Source of the DNA: an uncultured Spirochaetota bacterium
Lineage (GTDB): Bacteria > Spirochaetota > Spirochaetia > SZUA-6 > Fen-1364
Length of the DNA: 64,000 nt
Assembly (NCBI GenBank): GCA_963820525.1
Contig: CAWGAA010000002.1
Coordinates: 256,001 to 320,000, forward strand
Reading direction: 5' to 3'
Below are positions 41,939 through 53,083 of this stretch, in pieces. The notes under the pieces were generated by a model, which made no database searches, had not been told where the DNA came from, and saw only the letters and a list, made by a program, of their open reading frames with translations. Position 1 is the first letter of the stretch. Each line of letters opens with the position of its first letter. The translations under genes and the position numbers were made by a program.

Positions 41939-43852
41939 CTAGCTGGCTTTCAAGATGACGAGCGTCTGATCGTCATGCTGTTTCGCCGCGCCGGTGAATT
42001 CGTCAAGGTCCTTCTGAATCTCTTTTTTCAGCTCTTCGGCCTTCTTTGCGCTGTTGGAGCTCAAGACCGCCGAGAGACGTTCCAGGGTATACTGCTCGCC
42101 GTCCTTGTTCATCGCCTCCGTGATGCCGTCGGTGTAGAGGACCGCGATGTCACCCGGGCCGAGGGCGAGGCTCTTCATTTTGTATGCCGATGACCTGTCG
42201 ATGCCGATGGGCAGCCCTTCCGTGTCCACCTGCTCGATGGTCTTCGCGCCGGCGCGATAGACGAGCAGAGGGTGGTGCGCCGCGTTGGAGTACTGGATGC
42301 AGCGGGTCGCCTCGTCGTAGCAGAGGATGCTCAGGGTTGCATAGCGGTCGATGTCGACCTGGCCGATGAGGCCCCGGTTGATCCAGGTCAGCGTCGTGGC
42401 GATGTCCCTCTTGGGAGAGGCGATGAGATGGAAGATCGAGTGGATCATCACCATAACCAGGGCGGCGGGAATCCCCTTGCCGGCCACATCTCCGACGAGC
42501 ACGATCAGCTTCGAGGTGTCCAGGCGGAACACGTCGAAGTAGTCCCCGCTCACTCCGCGGGCGGGGAGGCTGTACACGGCAAGCTCGGTCTTCGAGAGCT
42601 GCGGGAGCTTGCGGGGCACGAGCTTCTTCTGGATCTCCGCCGCGATGCCCAGCTCGCGCTCGATCTGCTTCTTCTCCAGCACCTCGAGGTAGGTGAGGTG
42701 CATGTCGATGGAAAGCGAGGCGTAGTCCGCGAACGCCTTGAGGTGCTCGAAGTCTTCCTTCGAGAAGAACTGCCCCCACGCCTGCTTGGATACCGTGATG
42801 ACCCCCAGGATCCTCTTGGACACGAGGAGCGGAACGACGATCAACGAGCTCAGCGCCGTCTGCCCCTCCTTCTGTCTCGCCGAGAGACGCTCGTCCCTCT
42901 GGGTGTTCTGGATGTAGACGGCCTCGGCGTGCTGGAAGCTCTCCCCCAGGAGCGTCTGGCCGATCTCGATGTTCAGCGAGTAGAGGTACTCCTCGATGCG
43001 CTCCGCCTTGATCTTGACGATATCGGGCATTTCGAAGGGGGGGGCATAGGTGCCCACGATCGCCCGGTACTTGAGGGCTTTCTGGAACTCGTCGAGCATC
43101 AGGATGGCGCCGCCGTCCGCCCCCGTGTTCTTGATGGCGGAGCTCACCACGATGGACAGGATCTTGTCGATCTCGATCTTCTCGCTCACCGCGGCGGAGA
43201 GCTTCTGCATGAAGTCGAACACGTTCTCGCGGCTGGTCATCAGGGAGGCGATCGATACGTCCTTCCTCCCGATCTCGGCGAGCGTGAGCCTGTAGACGAT
43301 CGCCGCGTGGGCGATATACATCAGGGGGTAGACGAACAGCTGCGTGGTCCAGAACCCGTATCCGAGGAACAGGATGGGGAGGTTGCTCAACACGAACAGG
43401 TAGGTGATCGCTCTCCTGTTTTGAATGACGTCAACGGGGTTGGACGTGTTGAACTGCGTCACCTGGAACATCTGGACGGCCAGGTAGATGACGAGGGGGA
43501 AGATCCAGACGCTTCTGTAGAAGATGAATACGGGAAGGGAGCCGAAGAGGTACTGTTCGAGGGACCCGAGAATGGCGACGGCGGCGAACGCGAGGGCGAA
43601 CCAATCCGACTTTTTCTCTCCCCGTATCCTGCGCAGCCAGTAGAGGTAGCACAGGATCGCGCCGACATCGGCTGCCAGCGAGATGAAGTTCTCGGGGAAG
43701 ATCGCGAAGAGTATGTCCCGGACGAGGTATATGGCAAAGAGGAGGAAGAACGGCCTGAAGGAGACGGTGACGCGGCGAGAAAAAGAGAGCAGGAATGAGA
43801 ATGAGGTCAGCAGCACAAAGAACTTTGGCAAATTCAAAGCCCAATCGTTCAT
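41939..43852 (-). CDS. Membrane-anchored GAF + PP2C (SpoIIE/RsbU-like) serine phosphatase
   Basis: N-terminal TM block, GAF domain, VSGDYFD, GDVAGKG, YTDGITEA, DDQT. Confidence 0.92.
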   Translation of the reverse strand: MNDWALNLPKFFVLLTSFSFLLSFSRRVTVSFRPFFLLFAIYLVRDILFAIFPENFISLAADVGAILCYLYWLRRIRGEKKSDWFALAFAAVAILGSLEQYLFGSLPVFIFYRSVWIFPLVIYLAVQMFQVTQFNTSNPVDVIQNRRAITYLFVLSNLPILFLGYGFWTTQLFVYPLMYIAHAAIVYRLTLAEIGRKDVSIASLMTSRENVFDFMQKLSAAVSEKIEIDKILSIVVSSAIKNTGADGGAILMLDEFQKALKYRAIVGTYAPPFEMPDIVKIKAERIEEYLYSLNIEIGQTLLGESFQHAEAVYIQNTQRDERLSARQKEGQTALSSLIVVPLLVSKRILGVITVSKQAWGQFFSKEDFEHLKAFADYASLSIDMHLTYLEVLEKKQIERELGIAAEIQKKLVPRKLPQLSKTELAVYSLPARGVSGDYFDVFRLDTSKLIVLVGDVAGKGIPAALVMVMIHSIFHLIASPKRDIATTLTWINRGLIGQVDIDRYATLSILCYDEATRCIQYSNAAHHPLLVYRAGAKTIEQVDTEGLPIGIDRSSAYKMKSLALGPGDIAVLYTDGITEAMNKDGEQYTLERLSAVLSSNSAKKAEELKKEIQKDLDEFTGAAKQHDDQTLVILKAS

Positions 43853-43954
43853 GCAACTCCTCTAATGCCCGTGTGCACTTTGCAGTATGATTTTTGCTTT
43901 CATAGCATGGTGGATTGGTGCTCGTATGTGCACGATTTCGAGTATCTATCAATG

Positions 43955-43983
43955 GTTATAGGAGAATGGCCTTTATTTGTCAA
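43955..43983 (-). promoter_or_regulatory. Sigma-70 promoter of the partner-switching operon
   Basis: TTGACA-N17-TATAAC on the minus strand. Confidence 0.7.
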
Positions 43984-44073
43984 GGGTCGGGAGGTTCCCG
44001 AGCCTTCCTGCGCGACACGCGGAGTGACGCGAAGGCTTGTTTTTCCTCCCGCCGCCGCCTTACAATCGCAGTC

Positions 44074-45150
44074 ATGCTCGTTAATGGCACTTACTACCGG
44101 ACGGTCTGGATGGAGGGCGGCACGGTGCGGCTGATAGATCAGCTCGCCCTTCCGTTCCGGTTCACGATATTCGATTGTCCCGATCATGCAAGCACGGCGC
44201 GAGCCATCACCGAGATGGTGGTGCGCGGCGCAGGCGCTATAGGCGCCGCGGCGGCTTACGGGATGGCTCAGGCGGCGCTGGAGGCGCCCGCGGGAGGCTT
44301 CACGGAGTTCGTGACGGCGGCGGCGGCCTTGCTCCGGTCCACCCGGCCCACGGCGAGGAATCTCTTCTATGCGGTGGACCGGGTGCTGGCAAAAGCGGGG
44401 GAAATGCTCGGCAATGGCGGTGCAGGGGCCGAGGAGTCCGCCCGCCGGGCCGCCTGCCGTGAGGCGGAGGCCGTGGCGGATGAGGACATCAAGGCCTGCA
44501 AGGCCATCGCCCGGGCGGGGGCGGCGCTGCTTCGGGACGGCTGCCGAGTTCTTACCCACTGCAACGCCGGCTGGCTGGGCTTTGCGGATTGGGGAACAGC
44601 GCTTTCTCCCCTGTACTGGGCCCGAAGGGAAGGGAAGCGGCTCTTCGCGTGGGTGGACGAGACGCGGCCGCGCCTGCAGGGCGCCCGTCTCACGGCCTGG
44701 GAGCTTGCCCAGGAAGGGATCGACTTCCGTCTCATCGCCGACAATGCCGCGGGATTCTTCATGCGCCGGGGCGAGGTGGACATGGCGATCGTGGGGGCGG
44801 ACCGCATCGCGGCCAATGGAGACGTGGCAAACAAGATCGGCACCTATGAGAAGGCGCTTCTCGCCCGCGAACACCACGTTCCTTTCTACGTTGCCGCGCC
44901 GACCTCCACGATCGACTTCGCCTGCCCCGACGGGGAGGCGATTCCTATCGAGGAGCGCGCGGAGGATGAGCTTCTCACGGCGAACGGGATCGACGAGGAA
45001 GGGCGCGTGCGCACCGTAAGGATTACGATCCCCCAGGCGGCGGCGCGAAATCCCGCCTTCGATGTGACTCCGAGCGGGCTTGTCACCGGCATCATCACGG
45101 AGATGGGGATAGTCGAGCCGCGTCGCCTGGGCGAGCTTGAGCCGGGATAG
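44074..45150 (+). CDS. mtnA: S-methyl-5-thioribose-1-phosphate isomerase
   Basis: MVVRGAGAIG, STRPTA, LTHCNAG, DETRPRLQGARLTAWEL, GDVANKIGTY, NPAFDVTP. Confidence 0.95.
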   Translation: MLVNGTYYRTVWMEGGTVRLIDQLALPFRFTIFDCPDHASTARAITEMVVRGAGAIGAAAAYGMAQAALEAPAGGFTEFVTAAAALLRSTRPTARNLFYAVDRVLAKAGEMLGNGGAGAEESARRAACREAEAVADEDIKACKAIARAGAALLRDGCRVLTHCNAGWLGFADWGTALSPLYWARREGKRLFAWVDETRPRLQGARLTAWELAQEGIDFRLIADNAAGFFMRRGEVDMAIVGADRIAANGDVANKIGTYEKALLAREHHVPFYVAAPTSTIDFACPDGEAIPIEERAEDELLTANGIDEEGRVRTVRITIPQAAARNPAFDVTPSGLVTGIITEMGIVEPRRLGELEPG

Positions 45151-45205
45151 GCCGCCGGGCGCTTCGCCGCCGGGCACCGTGCCGCCGGCCAGCCGGCGGC
45201 GTCTC

Positions 45206-47122
45206 TCATTTCGCGAAAAGCTCCTCGATATCTTTTTGATGTCTCTGGTTGATCACATCCCGCTTCATCTTCAGCGATGCGGTGAGCTCCACGCCCTCCT
45301 CGAAGTGCTTGAGCAGGATCTTGAAGCGGAACACCCTCTCGAATCCACGGAACCCCCGCTTTGCACAGACGCGGGAGTTGATCTCGTCGGAGATGAGCTC
45401 GTAGATCAGGGCGTTTTCAAGCAGGTCCTCACTGGTCACGGAGGAGATCTGTTTCTCCTCGGCGAATTTTTCTACGGCCTCCCCGTTGACGACAACCAGG
45501 GCGGCCAGGAATTTCTTGTCCTGGCCGAGCACCATCACCTGGTCGATGAACTCGCTCTCCAGGATCGTGTCCTCGATCGGAACCGGCTCCACGTTCTCGC
45601 CGCCCAGGAGTACGATCGTTTCCTTGACCCTGCCGATGATCCTGATCTCGCCCTTGTGGGTCATGATCCCAAGATCCCCCGTGTTGAGCCAGCCGTCGGG
45701 CGAGAGGACTTCTGCGGTCTTGTCCGGCCGCTTGTAGTAGCCCTTCATGATGTTGGGCCCCTTCAGGTAGATGACCCCCTTGCGGCCGGGAGGCACGGGC
45801 ATGCCGGATTCGGGGTCCAGGAGCCGGATCTCCATCTCCCGAAGCACGGGGCCTATGGTCCCGATCACGGGCCGTTTCTCCAGCCGGACCGAAGCCACCG
45901 GCGCCGTCTCGGTGAGGCCGTAGCCTTCCAGGAGCAGGATGCCGACGGCCTGGAAGAACCTGTCCACGTGCGGGGGAAGCGCGCCGCCTCCCGAGACGGT
46001 GAAGCGGAACTTGCCTCCCAGCCGCGCCCTGACCTTGGAGAACACGAGGAGGCTTCCCAGCGCGCGAAACGGCGCAAGCAGGAGGAAGGGCAGGATGCCG
46101 AGCAGGAAATCCAGCACGCGGAAGCGGCGCACGTATTGAGGGTAGAGCCCCTTGACCAGTGCCGTTGCCGTCGTGTGCGCCTCTCCTACCCAGACGAAGA
46201 AGTGGAAGAGGGCCCTCTTGATGCCGCCCTCCTCGTTCGCGTTGCGGTAGACGGCCGTCCGCACGAGCTCCCAGAGCCGCGGGATCGATGCCATGACGGT
46301 GGGCTTCACCGCGGCCATGTCGGCGAGCATGATCTTTCCCACGCGCTTGGAGTATGCCATCCCGCAGCCGTTTCGAAGCACGATGTATTCGACGGTTCGC
46401 TCGAAGGAGTGCCAGACCGGAAGCACGGAGAGGAAGAGGTCTCGGTTGTCGATGTAGATACAGTAGGGAACCGTTGTGCGCAGGTTGTGAAGGAAGTTGC
46501 CATGGGTCAGCATCACTCCCTTCGGCTCTCCCGTCGTGCCGGAGGTGTAGATAAGAGTTGCGAGGTCATCCGCCTTGCCCATCTCCACCTCGCGCTGATA
46601 CGCATGGGGGTCTTTGGCAAGCCGGGAAGCGCCCATTTCCATGATCTGGCTATAGGTGAGAAATCGAAGGCCTGCGGCCGAAGCGGAGATCCCTTCGGGC
46701 TTGAAATCCTCATCCATCACGATGATCGAGGAGAGCGCCGGCAGCTCGCTCTTTCGCGAGAGGATCTTCTTCACCTGCTCTTCGTTTTCGGCGAGCGTGA
46801 CGGTGCAGTCGGCGTGGTTGAGGATATAGCGCATCTCGTCGGGCATCGTGTCCGAACCCCGGGGGACGTCGGCCGCTCCGATTCCGAGGATGCCGAGATC
46901 AGCGATGATCCATTCCTTCTGGTTGTCCGAGATGATGCCGACGTGGTCTCCCCGCTTCACCCCGAACTCCAGGAGCCCCGCGCCGAAGCGTTCGAAGAGC
47001 GATGCAAGCTCGCTGTACGAGATGGACTGCCAGTCGCCGGCCTTGTCCTTGTACATCAATGCGACGCTCGCCGGCTGTCTTTGCGCGACAGACTGGACGA
47101 CCTTTACCACGGTGTTGTCCAT
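45206..47122 (-). CDS. fadD: Long-chain fatty acid--CoA ligase
   Basis: YTSGTTGEPKGVMLTH, LPVWHSFER, EGYGLTET, GWLNTGDLG, GRVKETIVL.GGENVEP. Confidence 0.9.
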   Translation of the reverse strand: MDNTVVKVVQSVAQRQPASVALMYKDKAGDWQSISYSELASLFERFGAGLLEFGVKRGDHVGIISDNQKEWIIADLGILGIGAADVPRGSDTMPDEMRYILNHADCTVTLAENEEQVKKILSRKSELPALSSIIVMDEDFKPEGISASAAGLRFLTYSQIMEMGASRLAKDPHAYQREVEMGKADDLATLIYTSGTTGEPKGVMLTHGNFLHNLRTTVPYCIYIDNRDLFLSVLPVWHSFERTVEYIVLRNGCGMAYSKRVGKIMLADMAAVKPTVMASIPRLWELVRTAVYRNANEEGGIKRALFHFFVWVGEAHTTATALVKGLYPQYVRRFRVLDFLLGILPFLLLAPFRALGSLLVFSKVRARLGGKFRFTVSGGGALPPHVDRFFQAVGILLLEGYGLTETAPVASVRLEKRPVIGTIGPVLREMEIRLLDPESGMPVPPGRKGVIYLKGPNIMKGYYKRPDKTAEVLSPDGWLNTGDLGIMTHKGEIRIIGRVKETIVLLGGENVEPVPIEDTILESEFIDQVMVLGQDKKFLAALVVVNGEAVEKFAEEKQISSVTSEDLLENALIYELISDEINSRVCAKRGFRGFERVFRFKILLKHFEEGVELTASLKMKRDVINQRHQKDIEELFAK

Positions 47123-47314
47123 GGCTCCTCCCTTATCCGCGCGCAATCCAGCGCGGAATTTCGCTTCGGGCCGATTAGCGAAAAAGCGAACTCTCGGAAT
47201 GAGGTCGAATCATGGCAAGAGTACCATGGCAGGAGTGTGCGGTCAAGAAAATCCGGGTGAGCGGTGATTGCCCCGCCGAGGATTCCGCGCGCGCTTCCAG
47301 GCCCCGCGGGGGCG

Positions 47315-48508
47315 TCACGAGATGACGCCGAGCTCCTTTCCCACCTTCGCGAAGGCCCGCACGGCGCGCTCGAGGTCCTGCTGCTGGTGGAGGGCGGAGA
47401 TCTGCACGCGGATCCGCGCCTGGCCCTTCGGCACCACAGGGTAGCTGAACCCCACGACGAAGATCCCCTCGGCAAGGAGGCGGCTCGCCATCTCGGCGGC
47501 AAGCTTCTCGTCGGAGAGCATGATCGCAGCGATCGGATGGCTGCCCGGCTTGAGGGTGAAGCCCGCTTCGGCAATGGCCTTTCTGAAGAAGCGGGCGTTG
47601 CGTTCCAGCCTATCCCGCAGCGTCGTGCTCGCGATGAGGATGTCGAGCACTGCGATGGTGGTGGCGGCCACCACCGGGGCGAGGGTATTGGAAAAAAGGT
47701 ACGGCCTCGACTTCTGGCGGAGGAGCTCGACGATCTGCCGGCGTCCTGAAAGGCAGCCGCCCGTGGCCCCGCCAAGGGCCTTGCCGAAGGTCGTGCTGAT
47801 CGCATCCACCCGATCCATGACGCCGTGGTATTCCGCGGTCCCCCTTCCCGTTTTCCCGATGAATCCCGTCGCGTGGCTGTCGTCAACCATCACCAGGGCC
47901 CCGTGCCGCTCGGCAAGGTCGCAGATCTCGGGAAGCTTCGCCATGTCGCCGTCCATGGAGAACACGCCGTCGGTCGCGATCATGCGGATGCGGGCCGCCT
48001 CTGATTCCTTCAACCTCTGCTCCAGGGCCCCCATATCAGAGTGCTCGTAGATGAGCCTTTGGGCCTTCGCCAGCCGGGCGCCGTCTATGATGGAAGCATG
48101 GTTGAGCTGATCCGTGATCAGGGCGCAGTCCTTGTCCAGGAGGGGCTCGAAGACACCTGCGTTGGCGTCGAAGCAGGAGGAGAAGATGATCGTGTCCTCG
48201 GTGCCGAGGAAGGCCGACAGCCTCCGCTCCAGCGCCTTGTGCACCTCCTGGGTTCCGGCGATGAACCTCACCGAGGCCATTCCGTAGCCCCACCGCTCCA
48301 GGGCGCGCTTGGCGGCCTTCACGACGCGGGGATCCGAGGCGAGGCCGAGGTAGTTGTTCGCGCAGAAGTTGAGGGCTTCGCGTCCCCCCACGCGGATGTT
48401 CACGCCCTGAGGGGTCTCGATGACCCTCTCCTCCTTGAAGAGCCCGGCCGCATGGATCTCCTCCAGCCGTGCCTCCAGCTCCTTCTTCAGTCCCTCATTC
48501 ATCGTCAT
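47315..48508 (-). CDS. kbl: 2-amino-3-ketobutyrate CoA ligase (glycine C-acetyltransferase)
   Basis: [45 protein letters not shown]; adjacent to tdh. Confidence 0.95.
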   Translation of the reverse strand: MTMNEGLKKELEARLEEIHAAGLFKEERVIETPQGVNIRVGGREALNFCANNYLGLASDPRVVKAAKRALERWGYGMASVRFIAGTQEVHKALERRLSAFLGTEDTIIFSSCFDANAGVFEPLLDKDCALITDQLNHASIIDGARLAKAQRLIYEHSDMGALEQRLKESEAARIRMIATDGVFSMDGDMAKLPEICDLAERHGALVMVDDSHATGFIGKTGRGTAEYHGVMDRVDAISTTFGKALGGATGGCLSGRRQIVELLRQKSRPYLFSNTLAPVVAATTIAVLDILIASTTLRDRLERNARFFRKAIAEAGFTLKPGSHPIAAIMLSDEKLAAEMASRLLAEGIFVVGFSYPVVPKGQARIRVQISALHQQQDLERAVRAFAKVGKELGVIS

Positions 48509-49532
48509 CCTCCGCGATCTCGAGGATCACCTTGCCGCAGTTTCCGGACAGCATCGTATCGAAGCCCTTCTGGAACTCGTCGAAGGGGAAGCTGTGGGTC
48601 AGCACCGGCCGCACATCGAGGCCGCTCTGGAGCATTGTCTGCATCTTGTACCAGGTCTCGAAGATCTCCCGTCCGTAGATCCCCTTGATCGTCAAGCCCT
48701 TGAAGATCACCTGGTCCCACCGGATCCCCGTCTCGTTGGCCAGGATGCCCAAAAGCGCGATCCGCCCGCCATGGTACATGCTCTCCAGCATCGTCTCGAA
48801 GGCGCCGCCGTTGCCCGACATCTCCAGTCCCACGTCGAATCCGATGATTCCCAGCCCCTTCATCGCCTCGGCGATGGAGCTCTTCGATACGTTCACCGCC
48901 AGGGTGGCCCCCATCTTTCGGGCAAGCTCCAGGCGATAGTCGTTCACGTCGGTCACCACGATGCGCTGCGCGCCGCAGTGGCGCGAGATGGCGCACGCCA
49001 TGACCCCGATGGGTCCCGCCCCCGTGATGAGAACGTCTTCCCCCACGAGGTCGAAGGAGAGGGCCGAGTGGGTGGCATTGCCCAGAGGATCGAGGAAGCA
49101 GGCGATCCGCGAGGGGATGGCCGGATGGACATGCCAGGCGTTGCCCGCCGGCAGGGAGAGGTACTCGGCAAAGCAGCCGTCCCTCTGCACCCCGATTCCC
49201 TTGGAGTTTGTGCAGAGGTGGCGGCGGCCGGCGCGGCAGCTCCTGCATACCCCGCAGACGATGTGCCCTTCCCCCGAGACCCTGTCCCCGATCTTGTACC
49301 CGCTGACGTTGGCGCCCATGTCCACGACCCTGCCGACGAACTCGTGTCCGACGATGAGGGGGGGATGAATGGTCAGCTTCGACCATTCGTCCCACGAGTA
49401 TATATGAAGGTCAGTTCCGCATATGGCGGCCTTGGTCACCTTGATCAGAAGATCGTTTCCGCCGATCTCGGGAACCGGCGCTTCCTCCATCCAGATCCCG
49501 CGTTCAGGCCGCTTCTTCATCAAAGCCTTCAT
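48495..49532 (-). CDS. tdh: L-threonine 3-dehydrogenase
   Basis: [47 protein letters not shown]. Confidence 0.96.
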   Translation of the reverse strand: MKALMKKRPERGIWMEEAPVPEIGGNDLLIKVTKAAICGTDLHIYSWDEWSKLTIHPPLIVGHEFVGRVVDMGANVSGYKIGDRVSGEGHIVCGVCRSCRAGRRHLCTNSKGIGVQRDGCFAEYLSLPAGNAWHVHPAIPSRIACFLDPLGNATHSALSFDLVGEDVLITGAGPIGVMACAISRHCGAQRIVVTDVNDYRLELARKMGATLAVNVSKSSIAEAMKGLGIIGFDVGLEMSGNGGAFETMLESMYHGGRIALLGILANETGIRWDQVIFKGLTIKGIYGREIFETWYKMQTMLQSGLDVRPVLTHSFPFDEFQKGFDTMLSGNCGKVILEIAEDDDE

Positions 49533-49633
49533 GGGCCCATTATAAACCGCCTTCAGGCGGCGGCAAGGGAAGGCCAGGCGGTTGCCCAAAGTGCGCTTTC
49601 CTGATACCAGTACATCTTTGCGGAGGTAGCGCA

Positions 49634-50731
49634 GTGGCGACTGAGATTCTTTTTGCCGATTACAGGCCCGTGAACCTCGAGCCGAAGAATACGATCGGAG
49701 CCAAATGGGAACGGCTCCTCGACAGGCTGGACATCGCGAGCGCCGTCAAGGACAAACGGACGGCCATCAAGGCACACCTCGGCGGCGGCTTCGGTTTCAC
49801 CTCCATTCATCCCTATTTCCTCAGAAAGCTGGTGGAGAGGGTGAAGGCGGCGGGCGCCAAGGAGGTCTTCGTCACCGACGTGAACTGGTCCGTCAAGACG
49901 GCGGCCGAGCGCGGCTACACGGCGGAGGTCCTCGGGTGCCAGCTCCTCCCCATAGCGGGCTCCGACGACCGCTACGTGTACGCGCGGCCCGTGAGCCCGC
50001 CGTTTCGAAGCCTCACGGAGCTCAATCTCTGCGGGGAGATCGTGAACGCCGAGGCGCTCGTCAACCTCGCGCACGTGAAGGGGCACGGCGCCTGCGGGTT
50101 CGGAGGCCTCACCAAGAACCTCTCCATGGGATGCGTGGACAGCAAGACGAAGGCCGCCCTGCACTCCCTCGAGGGGGGCCTGGAATGGGACGGGGAGAAG
50201 TGCACCCTGTGCAAGAGCTGCCAGGAGAACTGCCCCAACTCCGCCATCTCCTTCGATGGGGAGGACAGGTTCACCGTCTTCTACCACGCCTGCAAGTTCT
50301 GCCGGCACTGCGTGCTGATCTGCCCCGAAAAGGCCATCACCATGGCGGGCGGGGCGTTCAAGGACTTCCAGAAGGGTTTGGCGATCTCCGCCTCCCACGT
50401 CCTCTCAACCTTCCCCCGGGAGAACACCCTGTGCATCAGCATGCTCATGGACATAACGGTCTTCTGCGACTGCTGGGGCATGACCACCCCGGCCCTGGTT
50501 CCCGACATCGGCATCCTGGCGGGCAGGGACCTGGTGGCGATGGAACAGGCCTCTCTCGATCTTATCAGGACGGAGAACCTCATCCCCGGAAGCCTCCCCA
50601 AGGGATGGGAGCTGGGCTCGGGCAATCACCTCTTCGAGAAAGTGCACGGCAAGGACCCCTCCGTGGTGGTTGAATATATGGAGGAGATGGGCTGGGGGAA
50701 CAGGGGGTACAGCCTCACCGAGGTGGTGTAG
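49634..50731 (+). CDS. DUF362 family protein with 2x[4Fe-4S] ferredoxin domain
   Basis: [36 protein letters not shown] and [28 protein letters not shown]. Confidence 0.85.
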   Translation: MATEILFADYRPVNLEPKNTIGAKWERLLDRLDIASAVKDKRTAIKAHLGGGFGFTSIHPYFLRKLVERVKAAGAKEVFVTDVNWSVKTAAERGYTAEVLGCQLLPIAGSDDRYVYARPVSPPFRSLTELNLCGEIVNAEALVNLAHVKGHGACGFGGLTKNLSMGCVDSKTKAALHSLEGGLEWDGEKCTLCKSCQENCPNSAISFDGEDRFTVFYHACKFCRHCVLICPEKAITMAGGAFKDFQKGLAISASHVLSTFPRENTLCISMLMDITVFCDCWGMTTPALVPDIGILAGRDLVAMEQASLDLIRTENLIPGSLPKGWELGSGNHLFEKVHGKDPSVVVEYMEEMGWGNRGYSLTEVV

Positions 50732-50808
50732 CGGCCGGACCGGGAAACATCGCGGGCCGGTTGGGGCGGCCGCACACCCGCGGGCGCGGCCCCCGGGAGG
50801 GATCGCGC

Positions 50809-51624
50809 TTATGCCTTTTCGTCGAACATCTGGTTGACGATGGAATCCACGATGCCCTGCGGGAGGTGCCGTATGAGAAACGCGTTCAGCTCGGCCCCCT
50901 TGCCGACGGGGTAGAAGAACCGGGGCTTCACGCTTTCGAGCACTTGAAGGACCTTGCCCGCCACGACACGCGGGCTCGGGGCCGCCTCCATCTGCCTGTC
51001 GCGCGAATCCTTGACCCTCCGCACCCTCTCGCTGTAAGGGGATTTGTCGAGGTATTGCCTGAGCTGGGGGATGGTCGTTCTGATGTGGAACGGCGCCACC
51101 ACCGTGACGTTGATCCCGAACTCCTTCACCTCCTGGCGGAGGGTTCGCGCCACGGCTCGGAGCGCCGCTTTGGAGGCCGCGTACATCGAGGAGAACAGGA
51201 CGGCCGTCTCTCCGGCCATGGAGCCGATGAAGATGACGGCGCCTTTCCTTCTCTCCCGCATCGGCCCCAGAAAGCCCTGCGTGAGGGCGAGCTGTCCGAA
51301 GAGGTTGAGCTGGAAAAGCTCCCGGGCCGCCTCCATCTTGATCTCCTCCACGGGGCCGATCATGCTGGTGCCCGCATTGTTCACCAGAAGATCCACCTGC
51401 TTGACCCGTCGCACCAGGGCATCGATGCTCTTGGGGCTGGTGAGATCCAGGGGGAGGTAGCTCACGCCTTCCGCAATGTCGTCCTTTTTCAGCTTGCGCG
51501 GATCCCGGCAGGTGCCCACCACCTCGTAGCCCCTGCGGACGAGAGCCTCCGAGATGGCCTTGCCTATCCCGCGTGAAGCCCCCGTGACCAGCGCCCTGCC
51601 CCTGGATTTTGCCTTGATTTTCAT
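50809..51624 (-). CDS. Short-chain dehydrogenase/reductase
   Basis: TGASRGIG, VNNAG, YAASK. Confidence 0.92.
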   Translation of the reverse strand: MKIKAKSRGRALVTGASRGIGKAISEALVRRGYEVVGTCRDPRKLKKDDIAEGVSYLPLDLTSPKSIDALVRRVKQVDLLVNNAGTSMIGPVEEIKMEAARELFQLNLFGQLALTQGFLGPMRERRKGAVIFIGSMAGETAVLFSSMYAASKAALRAVARTLRQEVKEFGINVTVVAPFHIRTTIPQLRQYLDKSPYSERVRRVKDSRDRQMEAAPSPRVVAGKVLQVLESVKPRFFYPVGKGAELNAFLIRHLPQGIVDSIVNQMFDEKA

Positions 51625-51637
51625 TTCCTTCCCCTTG

Positions 51638-53044
51638 CTACTGGAGCGCGTCCACAAGCGCCTCATAGGCGCCGACGGCCTTGTCGTTGTCCCGCACCGT
51701 GTGGCTGGAGCTGATCATGTCGCGGCCCATGCGGGAGAGAACCCCGCGCTCCATGACGATGATCGAGTAGTCTGACAGGATATGCCTGCGGTAGATCACC
51801 TCCTGGAGCTTTTCCGCGGAGGTGAGGGCAACGGCGTGCGGGGCCGTCATCTCTATGCGGATGATCCCGCCGTAGTTGTAGGCGAAGAAGCCGGTCGTCG
51901 TGGAGGCGAAGAGGGCGTTGAGCTTGTCGACGTAGTCCGCCGCGGCGGCGAACACTCGTTCGACGGTTCCGGGCTTCTCGAGCTCCACGAAGGTGTAGTA
52001 CGCGGCCGCCGCGGAGAGCGTGTTTCCGGCCAGGGTGCCGACAACGTAGGCGTAGGGCCGCTCGTCGGGCAGGCCCGTGGAGGCGGTTTCCATGATCTCG
52101 GCCTTTCCTCCGACCGCCCCGCAGGAGGGGTAGCCGCTCATGAGGGCCTTGCCCAGGGTGGTGAGGTCCGGCATTACACCGAACGCCGCCTGGGCCCCGC
52201 CGAGGCCCATGCGAAGGCCCGTGACCACCTCATCGAAAACGTACAGGGCTCCGTGGCGATGCGCCACCTCGATCGCGGCTGTGTGGAAGCCCTCGGCGAA
52301 CGGGACGAGCCCGCTTTCGCCTCCCACCGGCTCGGTGAACACGGCGGCCACCCCCCCGCTTTTCTCATGCTCGGCGAGCGCCCTCTCCAGCGCCTCCAGG
52401 TCATTGGGCGGCACGAGGACCGTGAGGTCGAGAATCTCGGCGGGCACCCCGTGCGCGATGAACCGTCCGCTGCCGGGCACTTCCATGTCGGTCATGAACT
52501 GGTCCGCCCATCCATGGTAGTGGCCCATGAACTTGACGACCTTCTTCTTTCCCGTGTACGAGCGCGCGATTCGAAGCGCGGCCGCGTTCGCCTCCGCTCC
52601 GGATGACGTGAATCGCACCTTCTCGATGGAGGGGAAGTGGCGGACGATTTTCTCCGCCGCGCGAAGCTCCATCTCGTCGAAGAAGCCGTGGAAGTGGGTC
52701 CTCCCCCGCTCGAGCTCCGCCATGTCGCGGCGGAGCCCCTCGTGATTGTGTCCCAGGAGAACCACGCCGCCGGAAAGGATGTAGTCGAGGTACTCGTTTC
52801 CATCCACGTCCCAGACCCGGGAGCCCTGGCCGTGATCCATGAACAGAGGGTAGGGGGCGGCGGGCGGGAGGGAGTGCTCGCTTCCCCGCGGGAGAAGCCG
52901 GGAGGCCTGCTCCGCGAGGCGGGCTGAAGTGGGTGTGCGCGCGCTGAACTCCCGGATGGCCCGCTGGAGCGCCTGCTCCTTGAGGGGGCGAACGGGTTTT
53001 TCAGCAAGCGCCCGGGCTCGCTCCACGATATCCTGATACTTCAC
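51638..53044 (-). CDS. Class III PLP aminotransferase (glutamate-1-semialdehyde aminomutase-like)
   Basis: WDVDGNEYLD, RFTSSGAEA, GHYHG, FDEVVTG.R, DLTTLGK. Confidence 0.87.
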   Translation of the reverse strand: MKYQDIVERARALAEKPVRPLKEQALQRAIREFSARTPTSARLAEQASRLLPRGSEHSLPPAAPYPLFMDHGQGSRVWDVDGNEYLDYILSGGVVLLGHNHEGLRRDMAELERGRTHFHGFFDEMELRAAEKIVRHFPSIEKVRFTSSGAEANAAALRIARSYTGKKKVVKFMGHYHGWADQFMTDMEVPGSGRFIAHGVPAEILDLTVLVPPNDLEALERALAEHEKSGGVAAVFTEPVGGESGLVPFAEGFHTAAIEVAHRHGALYVFDEVVTGLRMGLGGAQAAFGVMPDLTTLGKALMSGYPSCGAVGGKAEIMETASTGLPDERPYAYVVGTLAGNTLSAAAAYYTFVELEKPGTVERVFAAAADYVDKLNALFASTTTGFFAYNYGGIIRIEMTAPHAVALTSAEKLQEVIYRRHILSDYSIIVMERGVLSRMGRDMISSSHTVRDNDKAVGAYEALVDALQ

Positions 53045-53083
53045 GATCGTTCTCCTTTGAAAGCGCCGGGGAAGCTCACGGGC

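Noticed and set aside
45151..45200. Three GCCGCCGG(G/C)C copies at 15-bp spacing between mtnA and fadD
   Set aside because: Too short and GC-rich, spacers only 5 nt and no cas genes; not a CRISPR array, probably part of a terminator-like hairpin.
47315..48508. Possible serine palmitoyltransferase partner for the ACP/GNAT cluster
   Set aside because: Motifs ([24 protein letters not shown]) and coupling to tdh identify it as Kbl, and it lies 39 kb away.
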